32,000 nt of DNA from an uncultured Actinomycetes bacterium. GTDB lineage: Bacteria; Actinomycetota; Actinomycetes; S36-B12; CAIYMF01. Both the position numbers and the translations under genes were made by a program. Numbering within the stretch: the first letter of the stretch is position 1; each line of letters opens with the position of its first letter. Below the pieces are notes generated by a model. That model had not been told where the DNA came from. It saw only the letters and a program-made list of their open reading frames with translations, and ran no database searches. Below, in pieces: positions 24,078 to 32,000 of the stretch. Location of the stretch: contig CAWJMG010000003.1 of NCBI GenBank assembly GCA_963843975.1, positions 240,001 through 272,000 on the forward strand, in the 5' to 3' direction.

Positions 24078-27000
24078 CACCGACCAGATGCTCGCTCTGT
24101 TGGATCAAGGTGACTTCCGAACCCTGTTCATCGAGCACCTCGGATGGTCCAAGCCCAAGGGGGGCCACCTCAACATCCCGATCGACGACACGACCTACGA
24201 CCTAGAGCCGATTGCGGAGTACCACGGCATCAAGGTCTGGGCATGTAACACGGTGCCCGACCGGCGCACCCAGCGCCTCATCGACGTAGCGCTCCGGCGC
24301 GAGGGAACCGAGCGTCTGACGATCTTCCACGACTCCGTTCACCAGGAGTGGAAGTGGCCCATGTCGGGCGACGCCCACGGACGCGGGCAGGGCCGGCTCG
24401 TCACGCACGAACACTTCGTCGGCAAGCGGACCGAGGCGCTTCTTCAGCGCCTCAGCCAGATCACCATCGGCATGGATGAGTCTCCGTCAGTCGTTGAGAT
24501 CGTCGCTCGTCTGCGAAAGGCCTTCGACGCCGACCGGATGACTGCGGCGTTCTACACCAAGTTCTCCAAGCAGGCTGAGGACCTCGCCAAGTCCATTCGC
24601 GGGCTCAGCGTCGTAGCCGATCGCGAGTGGTACGCCGCGTTGCTGATGAACAGGCTCATGTTCATCTACTTCATGCAGCGCAAGGGCTTCATGGACGGAC
24701 AGTCCGACTACCTGGCCGACCGCCTTCGGTCGATCCGTGCAGCTAAGGGCGAGGACAAGTTCTACGAGTTCTACACGGACTTCCTCATCCCGCTGTTCCA
24801 CGACGGTCTCGGATCCAGCCAGCGACCGCTCACAGACGCCGGCATGGCGGCGCTCGTCGGCGACGTGCCCTACGTCAACGGCGGAATCTTCAGCGTCCAC
24901 CCGCTGGAGCGAGACCACAAGATCGGCATCCCGGACCGTGCTTTCGAGGAGATCTTCGAGCTGTTCGACGCCTATCAGTGGCACCTCGACGACCGACCCA
25001 CAGGCAACCCTAGCGAAATCAACCCTGACGTCCTCGGTTACATCTTCGAGCAGTTCATCAACAACAAGGAGCAGGGCGCGTACTACACCAAAGATGACGT
25101 CACCTACTTCATGACGTCGTCGACGCTCCTGCCGGCCTATCTCGACCGCCTCATCGCCGCGACGGGAGTCAACCCCTGGATCCATGTCACCGCTGACCCC
25201 AACCGGTACATCTGGGACGGACTGACCTACGGCACCGACGAGCCCCTACCCAAGGACGTCGCGGACTCAGCCGACGAGCCATGGCCCCGTAACGGGTGGT
25301 CGCATCAGGCCAGCGAGACGTGCGGCCTTCCAGGCGAGACATGGTGGGAGGTAGACCACCGCAGGAAGGCACTCGACCACGTCCGCCAGGCCCTCGCCAA
25401 CGGCCAAGTCGCCAGTGTCGATTCAGCGATCACCAAGAACATCGACCTGGAGTCCCTGGTCGTCGACACGATTGACCGGCTCGACTCCCCAGACGACGTC
25501 ATTACCGCGTGGCAGGCACTGACCGACATCAAGATCGTCGATCCGACCTGTGGATCGGGCGCGTTCCTGTTTGCCGCCTTGAAGATCCTGGAGGTCGTCT
25601 ACTCAGTCATCCTGGACGCCGCGGAGAGGCACGCCGCGACCGCGAGCAACCACGAGATCGACGCGCTGCTTGACCGCGTGCGCAGCCACCCCAGCCGCAC
25701 GCACTTCGTGCTCAAGCACGCGACCCTGAACAACCTCTACGGCGTCGACATCATGAAGGAAGCCGTGGAGATTGCCCGACTCCGCCTGTTCCTCAAACTG
25801 GTCTCTGCAGCGGAGTCGCGAGACCGGCTAGAGCCGCTGCCGGATCTCGACTTCAACATCAAGCCGGGAAACATCCTCGTCGGGTCGTACTCCGTCGACG
25901 CCATCGAGCAGGACTCCGACGATCTGCTGTCCGGCTCTACCGCAGACGCCGTCACCGAAGCCGCCAAACGCATCGCCGACGACTACCGCGCGTTCCGGGC
26001 CGCCAGCGAAACCGGTGACAACGACGCCATCGCAGGGCGCAAGGAGCGCCTCCTCTCGGCCCTGGATCAGACCCGCGCCATTGTCGACGCCCAGTACCAC
26101 GCAGCGAACGGCGGCCGCGCTGGCGGCCTGGAGAAATGGCGGACGACCCACCAGCCGTTCCACTGGTTCATAGAGTTTCCCGAGGTGTTCGCCAACGGTG
26201 GGTTCGACGTCGTTCTCGGTAACCCACCGTATGTCTCGCGCACCAAGGTCAAGGACTACACCTACCGCGGATTCCGCACGGACCATCTCTCCGACATCTA
26301 CGCGCCGTGCGTCGAACGAGCCACGCAGATCACCAACCCGAACGGCCGATTCGCGATGATCCTGCCCATCTCGGTGCAGTTCGCGGACGGGTTCCAGGAG
26401 GCGCGAGGCGTCCTCGAAGACGCCTACCCCGGCCTGTGGGTGAGTGCCTTCTCTCGCAACCCCGCAGCCCTTTTCAGCGCCGGCCTCGGCGTCCGATCGA
26501 CCATTGTAATCGGCACCCGCACAGGTGACGCTGGCCTCTTCGTCACGAAGACCCACCGCTGGTACGACGAGTATCGGCCCGCCTTGTTCGAGACGCTGCA
26601 CTACCTCAAACTGCCCGACTCGCTTCGCGCTGAGGGCTGGCTGCGGCCGACAAGCGAAGGCCTCGCCGAGATCATGGTGACGGCGCTGGCGGAACCGGGC
26701 TCCATTGGCACTGCTGTACGCCCCTGGGACGGCGGCAGTGTCGGGTTCAAGCAGACGAGCCTCTACTGGCTGTCTGTGTTTCCCGAGGACCCACCGTGCT
26801 TCGAGTTGGACGGTCGGATCGCGGAGCAGACGAAGATCGGTCGCCTCAAGTTCGGCAGCGAGGAGGAGGCACTGCTCGCGACCGCCGTCCTGGCGTCGAA
26901 GTTCGCCTTCGTTTGGTGGTACTGCTCCGGAGACGACTTCGACGTCACTCAGGACGGGCTCCGTAGAACCCCCATCGACCCCACGCGCCTGTCTGCCGAG

Positions 27001-27264
27001 ACCAAGCGCAGCCTGATCAAGTCGGCACTGGCGATGATCGCCGACTTCCCGAACCACGTGATGTTCACGAAGTACGCCGGGAAGTGGATGGGCAACTATG
27101 TGCACTCCGAAATGCGGGACATCACGGACCGGATCGACCTCGCGCTCGCGAAAGAGCTCGGTTACGTGGACCTGCTCCCGGCGCTCGAGCACGCGTACTA
27201 CTGCGTGTACAAGCCGACTGGTGACCGGCCAGGTACGTTGCGGGAGTCGCCGTTCTCAGATTGA
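24070..27264 (+). CDS. gamma-class N6-adenine DNA methyltransferase, Eco57I/PglX/DrmMI-like, with long N- and C-terminal extensions (about 1064 aa)
   Basis: GTG 24070 overlaps the helicase stop (TAG 24075-24077) by 8 nt. ATG 24088 is an alternative start. Motifs: GAYYTKDDV (motif X), VDPTCGSGAFLFAA (motif I, 25540-25560) and VVLGNPPYV (motif IV, NPPY at 26221-26232). The N-terminal LGWSKP... region is as seen in MmeI/PglX-type enzymes. Confidence 0.9.
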   Translation: MHSTDQMLALLDQGDFRTLFIEHLGWSKPKGGHLNIPIDDTTYDLEPIAEYHGIKVWACNTVPDRRTQRLIDVALRREGTERLTIFHDSVHQEWKWPMSGDAHGRGQGRLVTHEHFVGKRTEALLQRLSQITIGMDESPSVVEIVARLRKAFDADRMTAAFYTKFSKQAEDLAKSIRGLSVVADREWYAALLMNRLMFIYFMQRKGFMDGQSDYLADRLRSIRAAKGEDKFYEFYTDFLIPLFHDGLGSSQRPLTDAGMAALVGDVPYVNGGIFSVHPLERDHKIGIPDRAFEEIFELFDAYQWHLDDRPTGNPSEINPDVLGYIFEQFINNKEQGAYYTKDDVTYFMTSSTLLPAYLDRLIAATGVNPWIHVTADPNRYIWDGLTYGTDEPLPKDVADSADEPWPRNGWSHQASETCGLPGETWWEVDHRRKALDHVRQALANGQVASVDSAITKNIDLESLVVDTIDRLDSPDDVITAWQALTDIKIVDPTCGSGAFLFAALKILEVVYSVILDAAERHAATASNHEIDALLDRVRSHPSRTHFVLKHATLNNLYGVDIMKEAVEIARLRLFLKLVSAAESRDRLEPLPDLDFNIKPGNILVGSYSVDAIEQDSDDLLSGSTADAVTEAAKRIADDYRAFRAASETGDNDAIAGRKERLLSALDQTRAIVDAQYHAANGGRAGGLEKWRTTHQPFHWFIEFPEVFANGGFDVVLGNPPYVSRTKVKDYTYRGFRTDHLSDIYAPCVERATQITNPNGRFAMILPISVQFADGFQEARGVLEDAYPGLWVSAFSRNPAALFSAGLGVRSTIVIGTRTGDAGLFVTKTHRWYDEYRPALFETLHYLKLPDSLRAEGWLRPTSEGLAEIMVTALAEPGSIGTAVRPWDGGSVGFKQTSLYWLSVFPEDPPCFELDGRIAEQTKIGRLKFGSEEEALLATAVLASKFAFVWWYCSGDDFDVTQDGLRRTPIDPTRLSAETKRSLIKSALAMIADFPNHVMFTKYAGKWMGNYVHSEMRDITDRIDLALAKELGYVDLLPALEHAYYCVYKPTGDRPGTLRESPFSD

Positions 27265-27454
27265 ACGGACACGACGAGGAGTGCCAGCAATGGGTCGGTG
27301 GTTCGTGCTCCACCTCGTGGGGATTGGCCGCTCGAGACGCCCAAGGTACGGCGACCCTGTAAGCATGAGGTCCTCGCCGAAATGGCCGAGCTGATGGGCG
27401 AAACGCGGGTGGAAAGGGCTGCTTGGGCCCCTCGCAAGGCAGCTATCAGCCCCT

Positions 27455-28975
27455 CTATGGCGCGGTTTGCCCCGCTTGTCGCTCGAGCGTCAACCCTGTT
27501 CGAATTGCGCGGCCAAGCGCCTTTTGGTACCTGGTCCATGCCTCGTCGGTTCTGACGTCTGTTCGTTCCGGGAACGGCAGATCGACCAGTCGCAGCTCGT
27601 AGGTCCTTTCCGGCGCTCGAAGGAGATTTCTGCCGTTCTGGCCTACCTGTCCAGACCTGTTCGGGTAGAACACAGCCCCGCTGTCGGTCAGCTGACTGGA
27701 CCCCGGGGCTTTCGCTGTGTGGCTGTAAGCGAACATCTGATCGCCGTCCGATGCGCCCAGCGAACCCGTGTCCACCTTGTACTTTGCGTCGGCGAGCACG
27801 TGCTTGCCTTCGAGCTCGAAGATGAAGTCGGCTCGCCGGTTCGCCCCCTCGAGCGGCCCAGAGAATGGGAGCCAAGGCGGTGAGACGGGCACTTGCGCAT
27901 GAGTGCCATTTGGATCCGCGATCGTGTGCAGGGCGCCGAGCAGGCACTGCTCCCACCACTTCTCCATGTACAGGTGGACTGCCAGGGCTCTGTCGGTTCT
28001 GGCATTCCCCTCTGTGGGGACCACCGAGGCCCGGCTCAGCACTTGCACTGCCCCGAGAACGGCGCCGGCCCACTGCTGCTCCAGGCTATTGAGGACAAGA
28101 CGACGCGCAGCAACGAGTGCACGCTCCCTGTCGAGCACCGCCACGGTGTCCAGCTTCCGGGCTAGCCCGACGGCCTGCGCACGGATCGGAGCCGAAAGAT
28201 GACTTAGGGCGGGTGGGACGCGTTCACGAGCCACGGTGTGTAGCCCAGCTAGGACGATCCGGAGCAGCGTCGTGTCGCCGGACTGCTCGTCAAATCTGCA
28301 TCTCACCTGTGGCGTGCCCGTGAGCAATGCAAGTACCAAACTCGTGCCCGAGAGCCTTCCGCGCGGGCTCGTCAGCTCCTCGACCCGCTCTCGATATCCA
28401 GGTCTAGCCCTGTCCACCACCCGGCGGACCTCGTCAACGAACAGCTTGTGTTCGACGAGCCGCACCAGAGACTGCGCGGCGGTCCCGTCGTATCCGTCGT
28501 CAAGCGCGACCTTCTGACGATTGGCCAGCAGTACCAAGGACGCGACGGAGTCAAACGAACCCCCGTCCGATACCGGGGGTAGAACGCCGCCACCCGAGGG
28601 CCGAATCAGCTGAAGTAAGTCCTGACGCCCCTCCTGGCCTGCGATCTCTAGAATCGCTTGAGCTAGCGAAGCGGTAGCGCTTGGCGTGCTGCGACCCTCG
28701 GCGGAATCCATCTCGAACAATGTGACGTGTGTTGTGGTCCCGGGGATGTGATCCGGAAGGAGCAGGTGGCGACGTTCTCCCGGGCCCCAAGGTTTGGGGA
28801 GGATCGTGATGGTCCAAGCACCACCATCACCGTCTGGCAGAATCGCGAAACCGGCTCGGGTACCCCGCGGGCTTGCGCTGAAGGCGATTCTGGAACTCGC
28901 CCTGGGTTCGCTCGTTGTCGAGACCACGGGAAGCTCGTTACGCCTCGCCGGTTTCGGACAGCAATGTCGGCTCAC
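27455..28975 (-). CDS. mcrC: McrC-like nuclease subunit (PD-(D/E)xK) of a Type IV McrBC-like restriction system
   Basis: It overlaps the upstream McrB-like gene by 38 nt if GTG 28975 is used (alternative GTG 28927). The C-terminal motif RADFIFELEGKHVLADAKYK (ADAKYK at 27776-27793) is the McrC-type D...E/DxK nuclease signature. Confidence 0.75.
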   Translation of the reverse strand: MSRHCCPKPARRNELPVVSTTSEPRASSRIAFSASPRGTRAGFAILPDGDGGAWTITILPKPWGPGERRHLLLPDHIPGTTTHVTLFEMDSAEGRSTPSATASLAQAILEIAGQEGRQDLLQLIRPSGGGVLPPVSDGGSFDSVASLVLLANRQKVALDDGYDGTAAQSLVRLVEHKLFVDEVRRVVDRARPGYRERVEELTSPRGRLSGTSLVLALLTGTPQVRCRFDEQSGDTTLLRIVLAGLHTVARERVPPALSHLSAPIRAQAVGLARKLDTVAVLDRERALVAARRLVLNSLEQQWAGAVLGAVQVLSRASVVPTEGNARTDRALAVHLYMEKWWEQCLLGALHTIADPNGTHAQVPVSPPWLPFSGPLEGANRRADFIFELEGKHVLADAKYKVDTGSLGASDGDQMFAYSHTAKAPGSSQLTDSGAVFYPNRSGQVGQNGRNLLRAPERTYELRLVDLPFPERTDVRTDEAWTRYQKALGRAIRTGLTLERQAGQTAP

Positions 28976-30482
28976 CGGCGGCAGGCTCCAGGCTCACGAA
29001 CTCCTCGACGACTAGTCCGGCGGCGAGGCCCTGCCCCGCCAACGAGATCTTCAGCCCGAGGTGGCCGTTGAGGAAGCCTTCGAAGGATTCGAGGTTCTTC
29101 TCCACTTGCACGGCCGCACTAGGGGAGAGGTTGGCATCCAGCCAAGGCCGCCTCGACTCGGCGGTAAGGATGTCCAAGGAGAACGCCTGTGTCACCGTGT
29201 CCAATAGTTGAGGGAGAATCGCATAGCGCCAGACCGCCTTCTCGCGATCGGCGCCACTCAACTCCGACTCGGACCTGAATTGCCCGAAACGCCTGGTGGT
29301 TGATTGCGCCTGCCAGCTGGACTTGGCCTGGTAGCCGGCCAGGCCGCTTGCCCTGGGACCGTCGAACGGCAAGTACTCGAGCGCAAGCTCGCTGGTCCCA
29401 ATGGGCCGCCAGACTGTGACGCCATTGTTCATCTCGTGGAATGGCATACCAGTGAAGCGAACGTTGCCGCGGCTCGGATTCTCGAGACGGACCTTGTGGC
29501 TCATTCCGTTGTGGTGAACTGTGAACTGGACGGAGTTGCCCTTGCTGCTCAGGCTCTTACCCGATCCTGCGCCGACCAGAAGGCGACTTGCCCAGTCTTT
29601 CGTCACCTGGAGTTGCGTGCCCGTCGCCACGGCAGCGCCGTCCACTTCCATCCAGTAGGACGGCGCTCCGGCGCTGAGGCCAAGATCGAAAAGGTAACTG
29701 TGGCCAAGAGTCGAGTTTGGGCCTAGCGCTCGACCCAAGGCCTGGTTCAGTGTGTCAAGGGCGTTCACAGATCGCTCTATGATCTCGGGCCCGACACCGT
29801 TCAAGACCGTGGTCAACCTGGATTTCAAGTCGTCGCCAGAAAGCGGTAGTACCCGCACGAATGCGAACCTCCTACGAAGTGCGGAGTCGAGTGGCGCGAT
29901 TGATCGATCGGAGGAGTTCATGGTCCCGATCAGATACAGGTTGTCTGGCACGCCAAGCAGCTTGTTGGAATAGGGAAGCTGGGTTGTAACGCCACCCTTC
30001 CAGCACAAGTCATGGGTTCCATCTGTCCGGGTGCAATTGGGATCGTGTCGAAGCCGTTTCGACCCCTCCAGACCTAGGAGCAGGTCGCCGAGCACCTTTG
30101 AGACGTTCGCGCGGTTGATCTCGTCGATCAAAACGAGGAAATCCCGGCTCGGTGAGGCCCGCGCCACCTTGATCCATTCCTGGAAAACCCCGGAACGCAA
30201 CTCGAATCCCCTGGGCTTGCTTGCGGGGTCTTCCGAACTGGCAGGAGCCGGGTTGTATCGGATTCCTTCGACGAACTCCTCGTAACTCGTGCTTGGGTGG
30301 AAGGTGACCGCCCACGAGCCGACTCCAACGGCTGGTTCGCCGCGGTCGTTGCTGCCGATAAGGCGGGGCCAGGCTTCCGCAATGGCCGCGATAGAGAACG
30401 ACTTCCCAGTTCCGGGAGGGCCCTCCAGAATTGCGTTCTTGAATACCTGCAGTGCTTCAACGGCATCGCTAACAGTCGTCAC
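28938..30482 (-). CDS. mcrB: McrB-like AAA+ GTPase with an N-terminal ATPase domain and an uncharacterised C-terminal domain of about 230 aa
   Basis: Motifs: Walker A EGPPGTGKSF (30399-30422), Walker B/McrB box LVLIDEINRANVSKVLGDLL, the McrB signature GTMNSSDRS (MNxxDRS), and RRRF. Confidence 0.85.
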   Translation of the reverse strand: MTTVSDAVEALQVFKNAILEGPPGTGKSFSIAAIAEAWPRLIGSNDRGEPAVGVGSWAVTFHPSTSYEEFVEGIRYNPAPASSEDPASKPRGFELRSGVFQEWIKVARASPSRDFLVLIDEINRANVSKVLGDLLLGLEGSKRLRHDPNCTRTDGTHDLCWKGGVTTQLPYSNKLLGVPDNLYLIGTMNSSDRSIAPLDSALRRRFAFVRVLPLSGDDLKSRLTTVLNGVGPEIIERSVNALDTLNQALGRALGPNSTLGHSYLFDLGLSAGAPSYWMEVDGAAVATGTQLQVTKDWASRLLVGAGSGKSLSSKGNSVQFTVHHNGMSHKVRLENPSRGNVRFTGMPFHEMNNGVTVWRPIGTSELALEYLPFDGPRASGLAGYQAKSSWQAQSTTRRFGQFRSESELSGADREKAVWRYAILPQLLDTVTQAFSLDILTAESRRPWLDANLSPSAAVQVEKNLESFEGFLNGHLGLKISLAGQGLAAGLVVEEFVSLEPAAGEPTLLSETGEA

Positions 30483-30672
30483 AGCGATCCTCGGCTTTGG
30501 TGCTCATGCCCATGCTGCGAGGTTATCCGGGTTCATGACGTTGGGACGGGAAAAGCGGATTGGAAGGCCACCTGGCGAGATCGATCGCTTCGCGAAGAGC
30601 GAGCCGGGCCGTCAGCCACTCTCTGCGGCTGGCGGTGCATGCTCCGGCGATTCACGCGTTCGACCTGCGATC

Positions 30673-31146
30673 TCAGGCGACGTCCTCGTCGGAGCCGACG
30701 GACTCGAGGTCGACCGGAAACGGAGTGGATCCTCCGAAGACCGCGGCCACCATGACGCCGATCTCGTCGGCGACCGTCGTGACGGAATCGAGTGCACGCT
30801 CGATGGCGGGCTTGTCGACCGACATCCAGTGGATCGCGGCGTCGATCACGATGGCGCCGTCGTCCCAGGAGATCGAGGTCCAGCGGCTGCGGGGGTTGAG
30901 CTCGGTCAGTTCGGTGAGCATCTTGCGCGACTTCGGCACCTCGTTCGCAGCCAGTGCAAACACGCGGACACCAGGCTGAGAGCCCCTGACCATTGAGACC
31001 CAGCACATCGACGTCTGGGAGCGGAAGGGGTAGTCGTCGTCGGCGTCGGTGGCCAGCTCGGTGTGGCCCCAGATCTCCTGCAGGGCGCGCTCCACGTGCG
31101 AGCGCAGCATCCGCGTCATCTGCTCGTTGCTCTGGGTCTCGGTCAT
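30673..31146 (-). CDS. YbjN-like (putative chaperone/sensory-transduction-regulator fold) protein, 157 aa
   Basis: Strong RBS GAGGAGAGGTGGAG precedes ATG 31146. It is an acidic cytoplasmic protein. The overall pattern (WVSMVRGSQPGVRVFA...AIHWMSVD) resembles actinobacterial YbjN-domain proteins. The assignment is from memory, not from a search. Confidence 0.55.
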   Translation of the reverse strand: MTETQSNEQMTRMLRSHVERALQEIWGHTELATDADDDYPFRSQTSMCWVSMVRGSQPGVRVFALAANEVPKSRKMLTELTELNPRSRWTSISWDDGAIVIDAAIHWMSVDKPAIERALDSVTTVADEIGVMVAAVFGGSTPFPVDLESVGSDEDVA

Positions 31147-31256
31147 CTCGACTCCACCTCTCCTCGTATGTCACCAGGGTAGGGAGGGGGTCTGACAGTC
31201 GAAATGGCATGGAGGAGTGCAGGAATCACCCGACTCGGAGGTTCCGAAATGTCTGC

Positions 31257-31835
31257 TCATGACTCCGAGTGGGCCACGTCGCTGCGGCCCTTCGAGCGCT
31301 TGCCGTAGGCTCGCCGCAGCTCCGTCAAGCGACTGCGTACGTCCGTTCGCGGCATCTTGTCGAGGTTGAGCGGCGGGTCGAGCTCGGCGAGCAGGGCTGT
31401 TTCCAGATGGTCGAGCGAGTCGGCATCCTCCACGGGGATCGCGATGACCCTGAGGTGGTCGTGCATCCATGCCGTGAGCCGGATCTCGTCGATGCCGGCG
31501 TCTCCGTTGGCGCTCGCGAGGATCGATCCGAGACTCAGCCGGAACGTCGAGAACTCGTGGCGACCGGCGAGGTGCATGCCTTTGATCCGCCCCCACAGGG
31601 TGTTCTTTGACTTCCTCCCGCTCTTCACGCGGGTCGCTCCAGCAAGGCCGGCGTAGATGAGGCCAGGTGCGATCTCCTGCCCAAGGCCTCGTGACAGATC
31701 GTCCGCTCCGCTCGCATCGACCCACCAGCTGTAGAGGCCGGGTGATCGGAGTCCTTCGCCCTCCGTGGCGAGGAACTCGGCAGGCGTCACCGCCGTGCTC
31801 TTCGCCGTCAGCGACTCGAGGAGCCTCCGAGGCAT
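31257..31835 (-). CDS. hypothetical protein with GIY-YIG-nuclease-like motifs (192 aa)
   Basis: ATG at 31835. Motifs: GLYSWWV ... LIYAGLAG ... LWGRIKGMH ... STFRLSLGSIL ... ETALLAELDPPLNL, which resembles the GIY...YIG...R...E...N layout. The composition is balanced, unlike the overlapping Arg-rich ORF 31171..31944. Confidence 0.5.
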   Translation of the reverse strand: MPRRLLESLTAKSTAVTPAEFLATEGEGLRSPGLYSWWVDASGADDLSRGLGQEIAPGLIYAGLAGATRVKSGRKSKNTLWGRIKGMHLAGRHEFSTFRLSLGSILASANGDAGIDEIRLTAWMHDHLRVIAIPVEDADSLDHLETALLAELDPPLNLDKMPRTDVRSRLTELRRAYGKRSKGRSDVAHSES

Positions 31836-32000
31836 CTGGTGCCGGTACCGCTGGCTTGGGTACTGCGGTAGCGGCTGGCTCCTCGACCCCGTACCAGCGG
31901 AGACGCTCGCCCAGGGACAGGCCAGCCAGGGGAGTTCGGATCACGGCACCGGCGGCCTCGAGCCGTGGACGAATCGCGCTGGCATAGGCGGCACCGGCAT

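Noticed and set aside
22479-27192. Antisense ORFs inside the helicase and methyltransferase genes: 22479..23741 (-) and 25828..27192 (-). The related 27198..28073 (-) overlaps mcrC out of frame.
   Set aside because: They have no recognisable domains and a poor, Arg/Val/Gly-rich composition. The overlapping frames contain complete SNF2, MTase and McrC motif sets.
27265-27454. The 190-nt convergent gap between the methyltransferase and mcrC, including ORF 27298..27555 (+, 85 aa).
   Set aside because: The ORF overlaps the mcrC 3' end, has no RBS and has a poor composition. Only weak 5-8-bp hairpins are visible, so neither a small gene nor a confident terminator could be supported.
20726-30590. 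A 10-nt direct repeat TCGATCGCTT at 20726-20735 and 30581-30590, near both edges of the low-GC island. It could be att/TSD.
   Set aside because: Only 10 nt match, with no extension on either side. The sequence contains a GATC-centred palindrome that is common in this composition. The chance expectation for two 200-bp windows is low but not negligible given free choice of windows, and there is no integrase to support it. The empty-site comparison is the way to test it.
31171-32000. ORF 31171..31944 (-, 257 aa), whose frame stays open to the window end, and a possible gene 3' end in another minus-strand frame terminating at TGA 31941-31943 (...MPVPPMPARFVHGSRPPVP*).
   Set aside because: The 257-aa translation becomes Arg-rich junk where it overlaps the better 192-aa GIY-YIG-like ORF. 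The putative upstream gene end is only 19 codons inside the window. It has high GC3, but that is too little sequence to call a feature, and the sequence beyond 32000 is needed.

Overview
This is a high-GC (roughly 70%) actinobacterial chromosomal segment. No database searches or computations were run. All calls rest on reading the ORF translations and the DNA by eye, and start codons are the least certain coordinates.

Core region, about 1-20.6 kb. It contains the 3' end of dapF, a conserved hypothetical gene, a DUF1624/DUF418-like membrane protein and hflX. These are followed by a small acidic DxDGDG-repeat protein. Next comes a striking cluster of three paralogous membrane-anchored GGDEF diguanylate cyclases, a standalone degenerate GGDEF (GRDEF) and a frameshifted EEP-family nuclease/phosphatase. 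After that come a DinG-like Fe-S helicase and a membrane protein. An XRE-HTH/DUF2178-like operon follows, with an AT-rich perfect operator palindrome. Next is hsp20, bracketed by two paralogous hairpins. Then come lexA, divergent from a LysM (ChiZ/DivS-like) gene with SOS boxes, and nrdR-nrdJ preceded by tandem NrdR boxes.

Defence island, about 20.6-30.6 kb. Immediately after the nrdJ terminators the composition drops visibly and A/T-ending codons appear. This region carries two systems:
- A translationally coupled pair: a PLD-nuclease/SNF2-helicase fusion plus a PglX/Eco57I-like N6-adenine methyltransferase. It resembles a DrmD+DrmC+DrmMI subset of class 1 DISARM, or a split Type ISP enzyme, but no DrmA/DrmB is present in the window.
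- A convergent McrBC-like Type IV system whose McrB has an N-terminal AAA+ domain and an uncharacterised C-terminal domain.

A YbjN-like gene and a GIY-YIG-like gene follow at the right edge. No rRNA, tRNA, CRISPR array, transposase or integrase was recognised. Many long ORFs in the track are off-frame shadows typical of high-GC DNA and were not called.
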